In this document: positions 20,809 through 31,797 of the stretch, one piece after another
Numbering within the stretch: position 1 is the first letter of the stretch
How the letters are laid out: each line of letters begins with the position of its first letter
NCBI GenBank assembly: GCA_044357345.1
Contig: JBIKPR010000005.1
Span: 2,933 to 66,932, forward strand
Reading direction: 5' to 3'
Source: Bacteroidia bacterium
Lineage (GTDB): Bacteria > Bacteroidota > Bacteroidia > NS11-12g > UBA955
Length of the DNA: 64,000 nt
Translations under genes and position numbers: made by a program
Notes under the pieces: generated by a model
What the model was told of the DNA's origin: nothing
Database searches by the model: none
The model's input: only the letters and a program-made list of their open reading frames with translations

Positions 20809-21549
20809 TTATGCGATTATTTTAGCTTCGTTTCTTAAAATGTCTATCAATTGGCCTGCTTGACTAGCGTCAATCAAACGAACTGCTTGCTTTGCTTGTG
20901 GACTTTCAAAAAGGCTGTAGGTGCTAGCATTTTCTGCTGATACAGCCTCAATCACTTGCAATGGTTTGGTTCGAGCGGCCATAATACCTTTCATATTTGG
21001 TATTCTTGGTTCACATAAATCTTTTTGCGCACTTGCAACAACAGGCAAACTTGAACTAATATTTTGTCTACCACCATCTATGTCCCTTTCGAATATTGCT
21101 TTGCCATCTTGCACATCCATTTGTGTGCAAACATTTACAGAAGGCCATGATAACAATGCGCCAAGTAAACTACACACTTGTCCACCATTGTAATCAATGC
21201 TTTCACGTCCAGTTAAGACCATGTCATATCCATTTGCTTTTACAATTTCCGCAATTTGTTCAGCAACAAACTGACCATCTTTAGGTTCTGCATTAATTCT
21301 AATGGCATCATTTGCTCCTATAGCCAATGCCTTGCGTATTACAGCATCTGCATCTCCTAAGCCAACTGTTACAACTGTAACAGTACCACCGTTTTTTTCT
21401 GTAAGCTCCAATGCCTTGGTTAATGACAACTCATCATATGGATTGATAATAAACTGAACACCTTGTGTATTAAATTGGGTGTTGTTATCTGTAAAAGTGA
21501 TTTTTGTTGTGGTATCTGGAACCACGCTCATGCACACTAAAATTTTCAT
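20809..21549 (-). CDS. etfB: electron transfer flavoprotein subunit beta
   Basis: Typical EtfB N-terminus (MKILVCMSVVPDTTTKI), 246 aa, with a 1-nt gap to etfA. Confidence 0.9.
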   Translation of the reverse strand: MKILVCMSVVPDTTTKITFTDNNTQFNTQGVQFIINPYDELSLTKALELTEKNGGTVTVVTVGLGDADAVIRKALAIGANDAIRINAEPKDGQFVAEQIAEIVKANGYDMVLTGRESIDYNGGQVCSLLGALLSWPSVNVCTQMDVQDGKAIFERDIDGGRQNISSSLPVVASAQKDLCEPRIPNMKGIMAARTKPLQVIEAVSAENASTYSLFESPQAKQAVRLIDASQAGQLIDILRNEAKIIA

Positions 21550-21589
21550 GAAAGATTAAAAAAATATTTTGCAAAATTAAGTATAAAAA

Positions 21590-21949
21590 ATGCTAAGAAA
21601 AAATGAGTTTTGCAAAGTAATTAACAATATCCAATCAATGGACAGAATAGACACCATCAAACAATTGCTTTCGCAAAACCCTAATGATATTTTTCTCAAC
21701 TATGCTCTTGCTATGGAGTTTATGTCCATTAATGATTGGTCATCTGCGGCAAATCAACTAGAAGGCATAAAGAAAATGCAAGAGGATTATTTACCTTTGT
21801 ATTATCAACTTGCACATATATACGAAGAGCTTAATGATGCGGATAAAGCCATCGTGGTTTATAATGAAGGAATCAATCTTGCAATTAAGCAATTGGATAA
21901 AAAAACTGAATTAGAACTAAAAAGCGCTTTAGAAGAATTAACTTTTTAA
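21590..21949 (+). CDS. small TPR-like protein
   Basis: Helical repeat sequence (LNYALAMEFMSINDWSSAANQLEG...YYQLAHIYEELNDADKAI). The start may instead be the Met at 21638. Confidence 0.5.
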   Translation: MLRKNEFCKVINNIQSMDRIDTIKQLLSQNPNDIFLNYALAMEFMSINDWSSAANQLEGIKKMQEDYLPLYYQLAHIYEELNDADKAIVVYNEGINLAIKQLDKKTELELKSALEELTF

Positions 21950-21958
21950 TAAAAACAC

Positions 21959-22405
21959 ATGGAATATATTAGCAAAAATCCCCATTTTAGAAGAGACATG
22001 CTTATAAAAATGCAGTCTAACCACTTCATGCAACACCTAGGTTTTATGGTTACATCCATTGAACCTGGTTATCTAGAGGGTGAACTTATTTTGCAAAAAA
22101 TCCATTTACAACAAAATGGATTTGTACACGGAGGGATTACGTCTACCTTGGCTGATATAGTGATGGGTTTTTCTGCTTTCACCCTTGTTGCAGAAGGAGA
22201 GGGCACTGTAACATCTGACTTGAAAATTGCCTATTTAAGACCAGGTGTTGGCGATAAAATTATCGCCAAAGGCAAGGTCATTAAACCAGGGAATTTATTG
22301 CACTATTGTGAGTCTGATATTTATTGTGTGCACCCTGAAAAAGGCGAAATCCTTATTGCTAGAGGTTATTCTACAATGTGCGTTGTGAAACACCCTGTTA
22401 TTTAG
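21959..22405 (+). CDS. PaaI-family hotdog thioesterase
   Basis: GFVHGGITSTLADIVMG block typical of PaaI/YbgC-type thioesterases, 148 aa. Confidence 0.75.
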   Translation: MEYISKNPHFRRDMLIKMQSNHFMQHLGFMVTSIEPGYLEGELILQKIHLQQNGFVHGGITSTLADIVMGFSAFTLVAEGEGTVTSDLKIAYLRPGVGDKIIAKGKVIKPGNLLHYCESDIYCVHPEKGEILIARGYSTMCVVKHPVI

Positions 22406-24028
22406 TTACCATTTGCTTACCAAAGGTATCTGTCTTCCTCGACCAAAAGCCTTTGATCCTACACGGATGATAGGAGGTGCCTGAAAACGCTTGTATTCAT
22501 TGCGGTTTACCAATCCAATGATTCGCTCAACCAAAGGACGCTCAAACCCTTTTTCTACGATTGTTTCAATCCCTTTTTGATGCTCTATATATAATTCAAG
22601 TATGGCGTCAAGTATTGAATATTCTGGCAAGCTATCACTGTCTTTTTGGTTTGGTCGCAACTCAGCACTTGGTGCTTTATTGATTATCGAATTTGGTATT
22701 ATTTCATTGTCCTTATTGATATAAGAGGCAAGCTTGTATACATCTGTTTTGTAAACATCCCCCATAACACTTAGGCTTCCACACATATCTCCGTACAACG
22801 TTGTATAACCTACCGACATTTCGCTTTTATTGCTGGTGTTCAATAAAATGTGTCCAAATTTATTGCTAATTGCCATCAGCAAGACGGCACGACTCCTGGC
22901 TTGAATATTCTCTTCGGCCAAGCCAAAATCCAATCCTTCAAACATTGGTTTTAATGTTTCGCCAAAGGAATCAAACACATTGGAAATCGACAATATTTCA
23001 AAACTATTTCCCAAGTTTTCTGATAAGTGTTTTGCGTCCAATACACTGCCTTCACTGCTAAAATCGGAAGGCATTAAAATGGCTTTGACATTTTCAGCGC
23101 CTAAAGCTCTTGTGGCCAGGGCTTGAACTACAGCAGAATCAATTCCTCCAGACGACCCTAAAATAGCTTTCGAAAATCCCATTTTTTGAAAGAAATTCTG
23201 TATGCCATAAATCAAAGCATCATGAACCAATTCAATGTTTTCTCTTTCTTTGAAAACTAACTTATGATAGGTTTTCTCTGTATCAAATATCTTAAAGTCC
23301 TCTTTAAAACTCTCTAGTTCTAATATCAATCGCCCATTAGAATCTAATACCATGGAATTGCCGTCAAATACAATATCAGTGTGAACACCGGTTTGATTGA
23401 CATATATAAGAGGCAAGCCAATGTCTTTACTTGCCTTCTGCAGGACTTTAAATCGCTCCGTTTTCTTGTTAATGTTAAAAGGTGAGGCCGAAATGTTGAT
23501 TACAAGGTCTGGATTTAATTTATTCAGCTTTGCCAAAGGATTCTCCAAATATTTAAACCGCTCCATCTCATACCATAAATCTTCACAAATAGTGATTGCA
23601 ATTTTCTTTCCATTTACTTCAATGGTTTTAAAAACACTATTTTCCTCGAAATACCTAGACTCATTAAATATATCGTATGTTGGCAATAAAGTTTTATGCA
23701 CCGTTTCTTTAATGATGCCATCCTGCAAAATACACGCAGAATTGAACAATCTACGGCCATGTTCATTTTCATTCAAAGTTGGAGCGCCCAACACAATTGT
23801 AATTCCGTGGGCATGCTTTGCAATATTATGCACCGCATCAATACATTCTTTTACAAAATGCTTGTAATCCAATAAGTCATCCGGTGAATAGCCGCAAATT
23901 GAAAGTTCACTAAAAACAACCAATTCAACACCTGATTCTTTAGCTTTTTGAGCAGCAACTATAATCTTTTCACTGTTCCCAACGATATCTGCAATTGTAT
24001 AGTTGAGTTGTGCTAAAGCTATTTTCAT
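22406..24028 (-). CDS. nadE: glutamine-dependent NAD+ synthetase
   Basis: N-terminal CN-hydrolase domain (FSELSICGY, ICEDLW) plus a C-terminal PP-loop SGGIDS (GSSGGIDSAV), 540 aa. Confidence 0.9.
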   Translation of the reverse strand: MKIALAQLNYTIADIVGNSEKIIVAAQKAKESGVELVVFSELSICGYSPDDLLDYKHFVKECIDAVHNIAKHAHGITIVLGAPTLNENEHGRRLFNSACILQDGIIKETVHKTLLPTYDIFNESRYFEENSVFKTIEVNGKKIAITICEDLWYEMERFKYLENPLAKLNKLNPDLVINISASPFNINKKTERFKVLQKASKDIGLPLIYVNQTGVHTDIVFDGNSMVLDSNGRLILELESFKEDFKIFDTEKTYHKLVFKERENIELVHDALIYGIQNFFQKMGFSKAILGSSGGIDSAVVQALATRALGAENVKAILMPSDFSSEGSVLDAKHLSENLGNSFEILSISNVFDSFGETLKPMFEGLDFGLAEENIQARSRAVLLMAISNKFGHILLNTSNKSEMSVGYTTLYGDMCGSLSVMGDVYKTDVYKLASYINKDNEIIPNSIINKAPSAELRPNQKDSDSLPEYSILDAILELYIEHQKGIETIVEKGFERPLVERIIGLVNRNEYKRFQAPPIIRVGSKAFGRGRQIPLVSKW

Positions 24029-24052
24029 TTAAATAAACTACTAATCTATTTA

Positions 24053-24799
24053 TTAAAAGAAGAAACCCAATTCCAATCCCATGACATTGTTTATCACCTT
24101 AGATTTTTTATCATCCAGTATATCAGTAAATCCATTGTTAAAACGAATTCCAGCATAGAAACTGGTATTGCCACTTAAGTTATACTCTATACCAGCGCCC
24201 AATATCATTGATGCTCTTAAAAAGTTAATGTCATCAATATGTCTAGTGAAATCTAGATAATTGTTATTTGCATCGTTGGGAATAAACTTTTCTTCAGTTG
24301 GGTAATTCTTTGTTCCTGTATTTGCTGGAGAGGCTAAAACCGTAACATTATTACCAATTAAAAATCCTGGCGCTACGCCAAATTGTCCCCAATAACGCAT
24401 ACCATTGCTTTCTTTGGTTCTGAATTTAAATGTCAAAGGTATCTCTATGTATTTTAAATTGTATTTGTAGCTGATTTTATTGTAATCCTGGGAACTCCCT
24501 GTGTTAGGTAGGGTATATATTGAATCAGATTTTAATTTCATAGAATTACTCATCGTAGTGATATTCAATTCTGGTGAAAAGAAATAGTTTTCAGCCAATC
24601 GAATGTCTGACATTAAACCAAAAGAAAAGCCAATGCCTGTTCCATCTTTTTGAACATCATTGCTAATTGCCTTTGTCCAGTTAAACCCTGGTATAATTTT
24701 AAAGCCAATTCTGAAGTCTCTGTCATCTTGTGCATGTGAACTTATAGAGAAAATTGTAAGTCCAATCAATAAAAAAGTATACTTTAACGTTGTTTTCAT
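24053..24799 (-). CDS. outer-membrane beta-barrel (porin-family/OprF-N-like) protein
   Basis: Signal peptide (FLLIGLTIFSISSHAQ), alternating beta-strand pattern and a terminal aromatic residue (LELGFFF). I moved the start to ATG 24799 (MKTTLKYTF...). Confidence 0.65.
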   Translation of the reverse strand: MKTTLKYTFLLIGLTIFSISSHAQDDRDFRIGFKIIPGFNWTKAISNDVQKDGTGIGFSFGLMSDIRLAENYFFSPELNITTMSNSMKLKSDSIYTLPNTGSSQDYNKISYKYNLKYIEIPLTFKFRTKESNGMRYWGQFGVAPGFLIGNNVTVLASPANTGTKNYPTEEKFIPNDANNNYLDFTRHIDDINFLRASMILGAGIEYNLSGNTSFYAGIRFNNGFTDILDDKKSKVINNVMGLELGFFF

Positions 24800-24826
24800 G
24801 CTGATAATGATTTTATTTGCACAAAA

Positions 24827-25840
24827 ATGAACAAAATATTTCAATTTTCAATTACTACAAGTGTAGTATTTATCATGTTATTCTTAACATCATGTCATTC
24901 TAACAAATTAGATATCAATACAGATGACATTGAAGTGAAATTAGATATCAGACATTTTGAAAATGATTTGTTTGAAAATAAATTAAACGACTTTCAAAGT
25001 TTTTCTAATAAATATCCGTTTTTCTTAACCGATTACAATAAAGGCATCATCGGTTTTCCCGGAAATGAACAAGAGGCTTTCCAGCAATTAATGTTGTTTA
25101 AAACAGATATAAATGCTAAAAAAGTGTATGGTTTTGTGAAAGAAAAATTTGGCAATTTTAAACCCTATGAAACCGAATTAACTGAAGCTTATAAACGTTT
25201 TAAATACTTTTTTCCTGATCTTAAAATACCAAGCATTATTACCTACACAAGTAACTTCAGCTTTTATGTGAATCCAGTTGGGCAAGATTACATTGGAATT
25301 GCATTAGATATGCATTTAGGGCAAGATTTTAAACCATATGAATACACGAATATTGAATTGTATTGGAGGAAAATTTTAATTCCTCAAACGTTGGTGACCA
25401 ATCATATGCTAGCACATGCAAACGATCTATTCCTAAAAACAAACAAAGCCAAAAATTTTACAGATGAAATGATTTATTATGGTAAATTACTTTATTTTCT
25501 TGATGCAGTTACCCCAAATGTCCCTGACCATATAAAAATTGGAATGACACAGGCAGAGTTTGATTGGTGTAAAAAAGAAGAGCACAATATTTGGGCATTT
25601 ATAGTAAAAGAAAAGTATCTATTTGATACCGATAAAAGACGATTTGAACGCCTTTTAAAAGAAGGTCCAAAAACCATAGCCAGCGGCATTCCTCCAGAAG
25701 CTCCGGCAATGATTGGGCGCTACGTTGGTTGGATGGCCGTTAGGATGTATATGAATGAAAACAATTCAGTTGATTTGAAGACTTTAATGAACAACAACAA
25801 TGCTGAATTGATTTTACAAGAAAGCGCTTACAAACCTTAA
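24827..25840 (+). CDS. gldB: gliding motility lipoprotein GldB-like
   Basis: Lipoprotein signal (LFLTSC). Blocks I recall from Flavobacterium GldB include IRHFENDLF, FGNF.P...L.EA.K...YFFP, IGRYVGWMAVRMYM and a C-terminal SAYKP. It is adjacent to nadE, as I recall for F. johnsoniae. Called from memory, with no alignment run. Confidence 0.6.
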   Translation: MNKIFQFSITTSVVFIMLFLTSCHSNKLDINTDDIEVKLDIRHFENDLFENKLNDFQSFSNKYPFFLTDYNKGIIGFPGNEQEAFQQLMLFKTDINAKKVYGFVKEKFGNFKPYETELTEAYKRFKYFFPDLKIPSIITYTSNFSFYVNPVGQDYIGIALDMHLGQDFKPYEYTNIELYWRKILIPQTLVTNHMLAHANDLFLKTNKAKNFTDEMIYYGKLLYFLDAVTPNVPDHIKIGMTQAEFDWCKKEEHNIWAFIVKEKYLFDTDKRRFERLLKEGPKTIASGIPPEAPAMIGRYVGWMAVRMYMNENNSVDLKTLMNNNNAELILQESAYKP

Positions 25841-27640
25841 TTACCCAATGTTCAAATGCGTAGTAGCGTATTTGAAATCTGCATTAATTGCTTTTTCACT
25901 CAGCGAATAAGCCAAAGTGACAATACCCACTCGACCTACAAACATTGCAATAGTCAACGTAACTTTGCTTGCATCTGATAATCCAGAAGTTATACCTGTA
26001 CTAAGTCCAACAGTTGCAAATGCTGAAACTGCCTCATAAGCCAAACGCACCAATTCTATGCCTTTGTCGGTAAATGACAAAACTGTTATGACCAGCAAAA
26101 CAAATAAGCCCGAAAAAATCACAACTGCAAAAGCCTTGTAAATCAAATCTTGTGCAATGCTTCTGTTGCCTAAGGTCATTTCTCTTTTACCTCTTATGGT
26201 TCCAATTACTGCAACCATCATTACAACAAATGTACTTGTTTTTATACCACCACCCGTTGAAGCTGAAGAGGCTCCAATGAACATTAGAAATATTGAAAGT
26301 AAAAGCAAGGTATTGGGTAAATGTTCTAAACTTATGCTGTTAAATCCACTGGTCCTTAAATTCACCGATTGAAAAAAACAGATTGCGATTTGTGCTATCG
26401 GTGTTTGGGTTCCAAACCGAGGATCGTCAATTAAAAAATAAAAAGAAAGCATCCCGACTAGAATTAGGATTATACTCATGTATATCGATACTTTAGAACT
26501 CAATTTCCATTCTCTCCAAGGTTCTTTTAAGCGTATTCTTAACATAAGAGGCGAAAACACATCCCTAATTACCGGAAAGCCCAAACTGCCAAAAAATATG
26601 ATTACACCGACAAAAATATGCAACATGTAAAGCTCAGAAATTAGCGGCGTTTCAAAATTGTACTCAAAAGTGCTAAATCCTGCATTACAAAAGGCCGAAA
26701 CACTATGGAATATAGAGGCGTATATTTTTTCACCTGGACTTGAAAACTGGTAATCACCCCATAAGACATAAATTCCCAAGGCGCCCAAACCTTCAATTAA
26801 AAAAGTCATGATTAAAATTCTTTTAATTAAATAATAACTTCCGCTCATATTTTCTGCATCCAACAATTCATTCATCGCAATTTGATGCTTTACCCCAATT
26901 CCTTTTTTTATAAACGAGGCGAAAAATGATGCAAAGGTCAATATGCCTATACCACCCAATTGAATTAAAAGTAAAATGATAATTTGACCTTTAATATTGA
27001 AAAAAGTAGCCGTATTAACAACTGTTAATCCGGTCACACAACTGGCACTGCCTGCCGTGAAAACAGCATCTACAAAATTTAAATAATTTCCAGTATGATT
27101 AAAACCCGGTAAGGTTAAGAGCGAGCCTCCACCTAAAATTAGTATTACAAATGATATAATAAAAAGGGTAGTGGGCTTTAACTTTGTTGTGTAGATTGAG
27201 TTAATCGATTTAACCAATTCGATTGCTGCAAAAATCAACAAGAAAAATTGAATGAAAAAGTGATAAATCGATCTGTAATTTTTAATATTTAATCGAATTA
27301 GAAACTTCTCAAGAATTGGGTGTCCAAATAGAAAATAACTTATTCCATCGTAAACAACCAGTAGAATTAAAATACCCTCTAAGGCATTTGAACTAAGGAA
27401 ACTTTGCTTGTCTTTTGTTAGCGCTAATCGAATGATAAAACCAATTATAAAAACCAAATAAAAGAACCGGGTACTAAGGATAATTAATTTAATATTTTCT
27501 TCTGTATGGTTAAATCCGTAGCGGTATACCATAACCCCCAATACCAATAAAGAAGATACTAAAGTAAAGACTCTTAATATCCTCGATATTATTTCCTCTT
27601 GCCTAAACAAGAAATAGGATATTCTTTTTTTTAAATTCAA
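25841..27640 (-). CDS. trkH: TrkH/KtrB-family potassium transporter
   Basis: Polytopic membrane protein with selectivity-filter-like motifs (GGGIKTSTF, ATVGLSTG, CNAGFS). At 599 aa it is longer than E. coli TrkH, owing to an N-terminal membrane extension. Confidence 0.75.
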   Translation of the reverse strand: MNLKKRISYFLFRQEEIISRILRVFTLVSSLLVLGVMVYRYGFNHTEENIKLIILSTRFFYLVFIIGFIIRLALTKDKQSFLSSNALEGILILLVVYDGISYFLFGHPILEKFLIRLNIKNYRSIYHFFIQFFLLIFAAIELVKSINSIYTTKLKPTTLFIISFVILILGGGSLLTLPGFNHTGNYLNFVDAVFTAGSASCVTGLTVVNTATFFNIKGQIIILLLIQLGGIGILTFASFFASFIKKGIGVKHQIAMNELLDAENMSGSYYLIKRILIMTFLIEGLGALGIYVLWGDYQFSSPGEKIYASIFHSVSAFCNAGFSTFEYNFETPLISELYMLHIFVGVIIFFGSLGFPVIRDVFSPLMLRIRLKEPWREWKLSSKVSIYMSIILILVGMLSFYFLIDDPRFGTQTPIAQIAICFFQSVNLRTSGFNSISLEHLPNTLLLLSIFLMFIGASSASTGGGIKTSTFVVMMVAVIGTIRGKREMTLGNRSIAQDLIYKAFAVVIFSGLFVLLVITVLSFTDKGIELVRLAYEAVSAFATVGLSTGITSGLSDASKVTLTIAMFVGRVGIVTLAYSLSEKAINADFKYATTHLNIG

Positions 27641-27650
27641 TGAAATTTTA

Positions 27651-28622
27651 TTAGATCAAGTAACTAGATTCTTTTTTCAATTTTTCTATACTTATTGGCA
27701 CCACACCGCTCTCTTCACAAACCAATCCACCCGCCAAATTTGACAACTCTGCCAAAATTCCCATTTCTACTTTACAAGCTAAGCACAAAGAAGCTACACT
27801 TATAACCGTATCGCCTGCACCGCTTACATCTGAGATGTTTCTAATATGCGCAGGGATGAAGTTAAAGTCACTATGGTCTGTAACCATTACACCATCTTCA
27901 CTCAGCGTAACCATCGTATAAGTATTACCCAACTTTTCATTCAATGCTAAAACCAAGTCAACTAAGTTTTCCTTCTTTTTTAAGTTTAAATCACTGTTTA
28001 AGCCCTCTTTAATTTCTTTTAAATTGGGTTTAAACAAAGTTACATTTTTGTAGGCTAAAAAGTTTTTCTTTTTTGGATCTACAGCCACTGGTTTACCAGC
28101 CTTTACAGCTATATCTATTAAAATCGGAATGTTCTTTTCTGTTAAAACCCCTTTGTTATAATCTTCTAATACAACGACATCACATTTTTTTATGTGCGAT
28201 GTATAGGCCTTTATTAATTTAACGTTCTCAGCATCACTAATGTCTGTTAACATTTCCTGATCCATTCTTAACAATTGATGCTTGTTTCCAATAATTCTAG
28301 TTTTGGTGGTGGTCTTTCTGTTTTTTGATTGAACAATTCCTGAAGTTGGCATTTTGCTGTTTTGCATTAACGAAAGCAATGCATCACCATCCTCATCCTT
28401 TCCAACTACTGAACACAAAATAGGGATTGCTTTTAAAGCAATGATATTGATCGCAACATTTGCCGCACCACCCAAACGCATGTCTCTTTCGTCGATGTTT
28501 ACAACTGGCACTGGGGCTTCTGGAGAAATGCGCTCAACTTTACCCATGATGTAAGCGTCAATCATAACGTCGCCAACTATTAAAACACGCTTTCCTTCGA
28601 ATTGATTGATAAGATTTTCCAT
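27651..28622 (-). CDS. D-glycero-beta-D-manno-heptose-7-phosphate kinase (RfaE/HldE domain I, PfkB family)
   Basis: N-terminus (VLIVGDVMIDAYI.G.V.RISPEAPVPV) and PfkB motif DVSGAGDTV. Confidence 0.75.
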   Translation of the reverse strand: MENLINQFEGKRVLIVGDVMIDAYIMGKVERISPEAPVPVVNIDERDMRLGGAANVAINIIALKAIPILCSVVGKDEDGDALLSLMQNSKMPTSGIVQSKNRKTTTKTRIIGNKHQLLRMDQEMLTDISDAENVKLIKAYTSHIKKCDVVVLEDYNKGVLTEKNIPILIDIAVKAGKPVAVDPKKKNFLAYKNVTLFKPNLKEIKEGLNSDLNLKKKENLVDLVLALNEKLGNTYTMVTLSEDGVMVTDHSDFNFIPAHIRNISDVSGAGDTVISVASLCLACKVEMGILAELSNLAGGLVCEESGVVPISIEKLKKESSYLI

Positions 28623-28627
28623 CTTTA

Positions 28628-29839
28628 TTATTTTAAGGCCAATAATGCTTGTTTGATTCTTTCCATTGCTTTCAACAAATTCTCTTCGCTTGTCGCATAG
28701 GACATTCTAATGCAATTGTCATTTCCAAATGCAGATCCTGCAACCGTTACCACATATACTTCGTTTAAAAGATACATGCATATGTCTTGAGAATTGTTAA
28801 CCGTATGCCCATTGTATGACTTTCCATAAAATGAACTAACATCTGGAAACAAATAAAATGCCCCAGGAGGTAAACTCAATTTTAATCCTGGAATCTCTTT
28901 CAAAATATTGTAACATAAATCGCGTCTAATTTTAAAAGCATCCCTCATCTTATAAGTAGGAGTTAAATCGCCATTTAAAGCTGCAATAGCAGCCTTTTGA
29001 GCAATAGAGTTTGTACCACTGGTAAATTGACTTTGTAGTTTTTCACATGCATAAGCAATGGCCTTGGGAGCACCAATATAGCCTATACGCCAACCCGTCA
29101 TTGAAAATGCTTTTGAAACGCCATTAACAGTTACTGTTCTGTTTATTAAAGTGCCGTAATTGGCTATGCTGTAATGCTTGCCGCCAAAATTAATGTGTTC
29201 ATATATCTCATCACTAATGATATAAACCTTTGGATGTCTTTCAAATACTTCAGCCAATTCTTTTAATTCGTCCTCCGTATAGATCATACCGCTAGGATTG
29301 TTAGGACTGCTGAACATAAATAATTTGGTTTTATCTGTTATCTTTTCTTCAAGCTGTTTAGGGGTGATTTTATAATTAGATTCAACATCAGTATCTATAA
29401 AAACATTTACACCTTCGGCCAAATTGACCATGTCAGCATAACTTACCCAAAATGGTCGTGGTATTATTACTTCATCGCCCGGATTAACAAGTGACAATAC
29501 AGCATTCATAATCGAATTTTTTGCCCCTGTGCTCACAACAATTTGATCTGTGTTGTAAGCCAAACCATTTTCCCGCAAAAACTTAGCCGATATGGCTTCC
29601 TTTAAATCAGGAATACCTGCAACTGGTGTATAAAAGGTAAAATTATCGTTTAAAGCATCAACCGCTGCTTTTTTGATGTGGTCTGGTGTGTAAAAATCAG
29701 GTTCGCCAAAACTTAAACTAATAATGTCTTTGCCTTCTGCTTTTAATGCGCGACCCAACTTGGCCATGGCAATTGTCTCAGATTCAGATATGCGATTTAA
29801 CCTTTCGGCTATCATCGATTTGTCTTCTTGATTTGTCAA
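28628..29839 (-). CDS. PLP-dependent aminotransferase class I (aspartate aminotransferase-like)
   Basis: GEPDFYTP block and PLP-lysine motif SKAFSMTGWRIGY. The start could also be the Met 8 codons downstream. Confidence 0.85.
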   Translation of the reverse strand: MTNQEDKSMIAERLNRISESETIAMAKLGRALKAEGKDIISLSFGEPDFYTPDHIKKAAVDALNDNFTFYTPVAGIPDLKEAISAKFLRENGLAYNTDQIVVSTGAKNSIMNAVLSLVNPGDEVIIPRPFWVSYADMVNLAEGVNVFIDTDVESNYKITPKQLEEKITDKTKLFMFSSPNNPSGMIYTEDELKELAEVFERHPKVYIISDEIYEHINFGGKHYSIANYGTLINRTVTVNGVSKAFSMTGWRIGYIGAPKAIAYACEKLQSQFTSGTNSIAQKAAIAALNGDLTPTYKMRDAFKIRRDLCYNILKEIPGLKLSLPPGAFYLFPDVSSFYGKSYNGHTVNNSQDICMYLLNEVYVVTVAGSAFGNDNCIRMSYATSEENLLKAMERIKQALLALK

Positions 29840-29928
29840 AATTTCAACTTATAAAATGCAAACCTAACTCAATTATTGTAATTCTTGAAACTTAACTTGT
29901 TAAACAATATGGTGCAGTGCATTATTTT

Positions 29929-29962
29929 CTATACATATTTATAATAATTGAAATATGTATAG
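29929..29962. repeat. perfect 12-bp inverted repeat (CTATACATATTT-N10-AAATATGTATAG), possibly a gldAFG terminator hairpin or an operator
   Basis: Read directly from the sequence. It lies 15 nt past the gldG stop (29977) in the intergenic region that also holds the aminotransferase promoter. The stem is AT-rich and has no clear U-tract. Confidence 0.45.
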
Positions 29963-29976
29963 TTGAAAACCCAAAT

Positions 29977-31797
29977 CTAATTTCGGGTGTATTTTCTTTT
30001 TCTATACCACATATTAAATAAGCCAAACAACAACACCAATAGCACAGGGAAGGCTGTATTTAATAACTGCCACTTTGTTTTCTCACTAAAGGTTTCTCCC
30101 TCAGCTTTAGGTGCTGTCAGACGCGGTTTATCCAATAACCTCAATGCTATTTCCTTGGTTCTAATATCAATCAAACCGCTCTCATCAAACATATAATCAA
30201 AGCAGTTTAATAGGAACTTCTTATTCGCAAATTGGCGTCCTGTCTCTCTGTCAAATCCTAGAGGGTAGATTTCGCCACTGCTGCGTTTAACATAATTTAA
30301 GCCTAAATCGCCGTCCGCCAATACAATCATGCTGTTTGTTACTGATTCTTTAACTGGAAATTCATAAATTTTATCTGGACGTTTAAAATTTGATTTAAAT
30401 TCGCCTTCCAACAAAACACCGGATACTTGTAACCCAGATTTAAATGATTGCAAATATTTTCTGTCGTTATTATTTGCCACAATACCCAAATCAACAAAGG
30501 CTGGTGCATCTTGTAATTTAGTCCTATCACTGCTCAATAATAGGTTGGTTATTTTAAGGTTTTTTCTTGAAATTGGCTTTAAGGTTCCTGAATATCGTCC
30601 CCAAACAACCTCGAGGTTTTTAACAATTGGATGTTCATTCCCCTTAAATGCAAACAAAGGATAATAAACCCAAGGAAATGGAACCATTTGGCCTGGTCTC
30701 GATGGGTCATTTAATACAATATTGTTGCATTGTAAATCCATTAATAAATTGGAGTTTAATCGAACACCATAATTGAACAACATGGTACGTAGATTCTCAT
30801 TGTCATAATCCGGGAAAAATGCTTTTGTTTGCCTTCTTAAACTGTCATGCTCAGCCTGTAAAGGGTCTACCATCCAAATGGTTTTTCCACCATTCATAAT
30901 GTATTGATCTAATATATACGCTTCATCTTTTTGAAGGGGCTCTGTTGGTTTTATGATTACAATACCATCGTATTGATTAAGCATCTCCAGAGACTTTAAA
31001 ACGATACGCTTTCCCAATGTGTCGTAATTTTGGGTTTCTTCTGTGAGATAAACAAACTGCTTTAAATAATTTTCATTGCCTAAATTAAAAAACACCCTAT
31101 CAATGCTGTAGTTTTCACTTAAAGATGAAAGCAATTCATCGGTGTGGGCTTCATCCGGTTCTCCGTGACCGAAAAGGAAAGCTATTTTTTTAGGTGTTTT
31201 GTTTACACATTTTCTGATGGCATTTGCAAATTCATATTCTAGTCCCTCTATCGATTTGTTAATTGCACTTTCTTCAGCGCGCCCCATTTCGGTATTTAAA
31301 AGATTGACTACATATTCTTTGTTTGAACCATAACTGACTTCTGCAGATGGTAAAATTAAATTCCTTTTTTGTTGGTCAGCACCCAATTCAAGATCATTGT
31401 AGTACATCACACCTTTTTCGTTCAGTTGCTTTATAATCTCTGCCTTTTCTTTATCAGTTTTGTCTTTAAAGACATTGATGAATTCAAAATCAATTTTGTT
31501 GCCACTCACATCTCTAAACTCACTAAGAATGTCCATGGTTGCAGTCCTCAATCTTTTAAATCGAGAGGAAAGGTTATCACCCTCCAAATACACCTTAAAA
31601 TACATCCTGTCATTGACCTTACGGGCAAGATTCTTTGATGTTTCTGATAAAGTAAAACGTTTCTCTTTCGTCAAATCAAACTTTTTATAGTACTGGGTAG
31701 CTAAAACATTTACAACACCAATAACTACGAACAACAACAACAATTCAATGATGGATTGTTGTTTTATACTTCTTTTTTGCTTCTGCACTTTTACCAT
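29977..31797 (-). CDS. gldG: gliding motility-associated ABC transporter substrate-binding/accessory protein GldG
   Basis: N- and C-terminal TM anchors flank a large extracytoplasmic domain, 606 aa. Overlaps the gldF-like permease by 7 nt, and the gene order is gldA-gldF-gldG. Confidence 0.7.
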   Translation of the reverse strand: MVKVQKQKRSIKQQSIIELLLLFVVIGVVNVLATQYYKKFDLTKEKRFTLSETSKNLARKVNDRMYFKVYLEGDNLSSRFKRLRTATMDILSEFRDVSGNKIDFEFINVFKDKTDKEKAEIIKQLNEKGVMYYNDLELGADQQKRNLILPSAEVSYGSNKEYVVNLLNTEMGRAEESAINKSIEGLEYEFANAIRKCVNKTPKKIAFLFGHGEPDEAHTDELLSSLSENYSIDRVFFNLGNENYLKQFVYLTEETQNYDTLGKRIVLKSLEMLNQYDGIVIIKPTEPLQKDEAYILDQYIMNGGKTIWMVDPLQAEHDSLRRQTKAFFPDYDNENLRTMLFNYGVRLNSNLLMDLQCNNIVLNDPSRPGQMVPFPWVYYPLFAFKGNEHPIVKNLEVVWGRYSGTLKPISRKNLKITNLLLSSDRTKLQDAPAFVDLGIVANNNDRKYLQSFKSGLQVSGVLLEGEFKSNFKRPDKIYEFPVKESVTNSMIVLADGDLGLNYVKRSSGEIYPLGFDRETGRQFANKKFLLNCFDYMFDESGLIDIRTKEIALRLLDKPRLTAPKAEGETFSEKTKWQLLNTAFPVLLVLLFGLFNMWYRKRKYTRN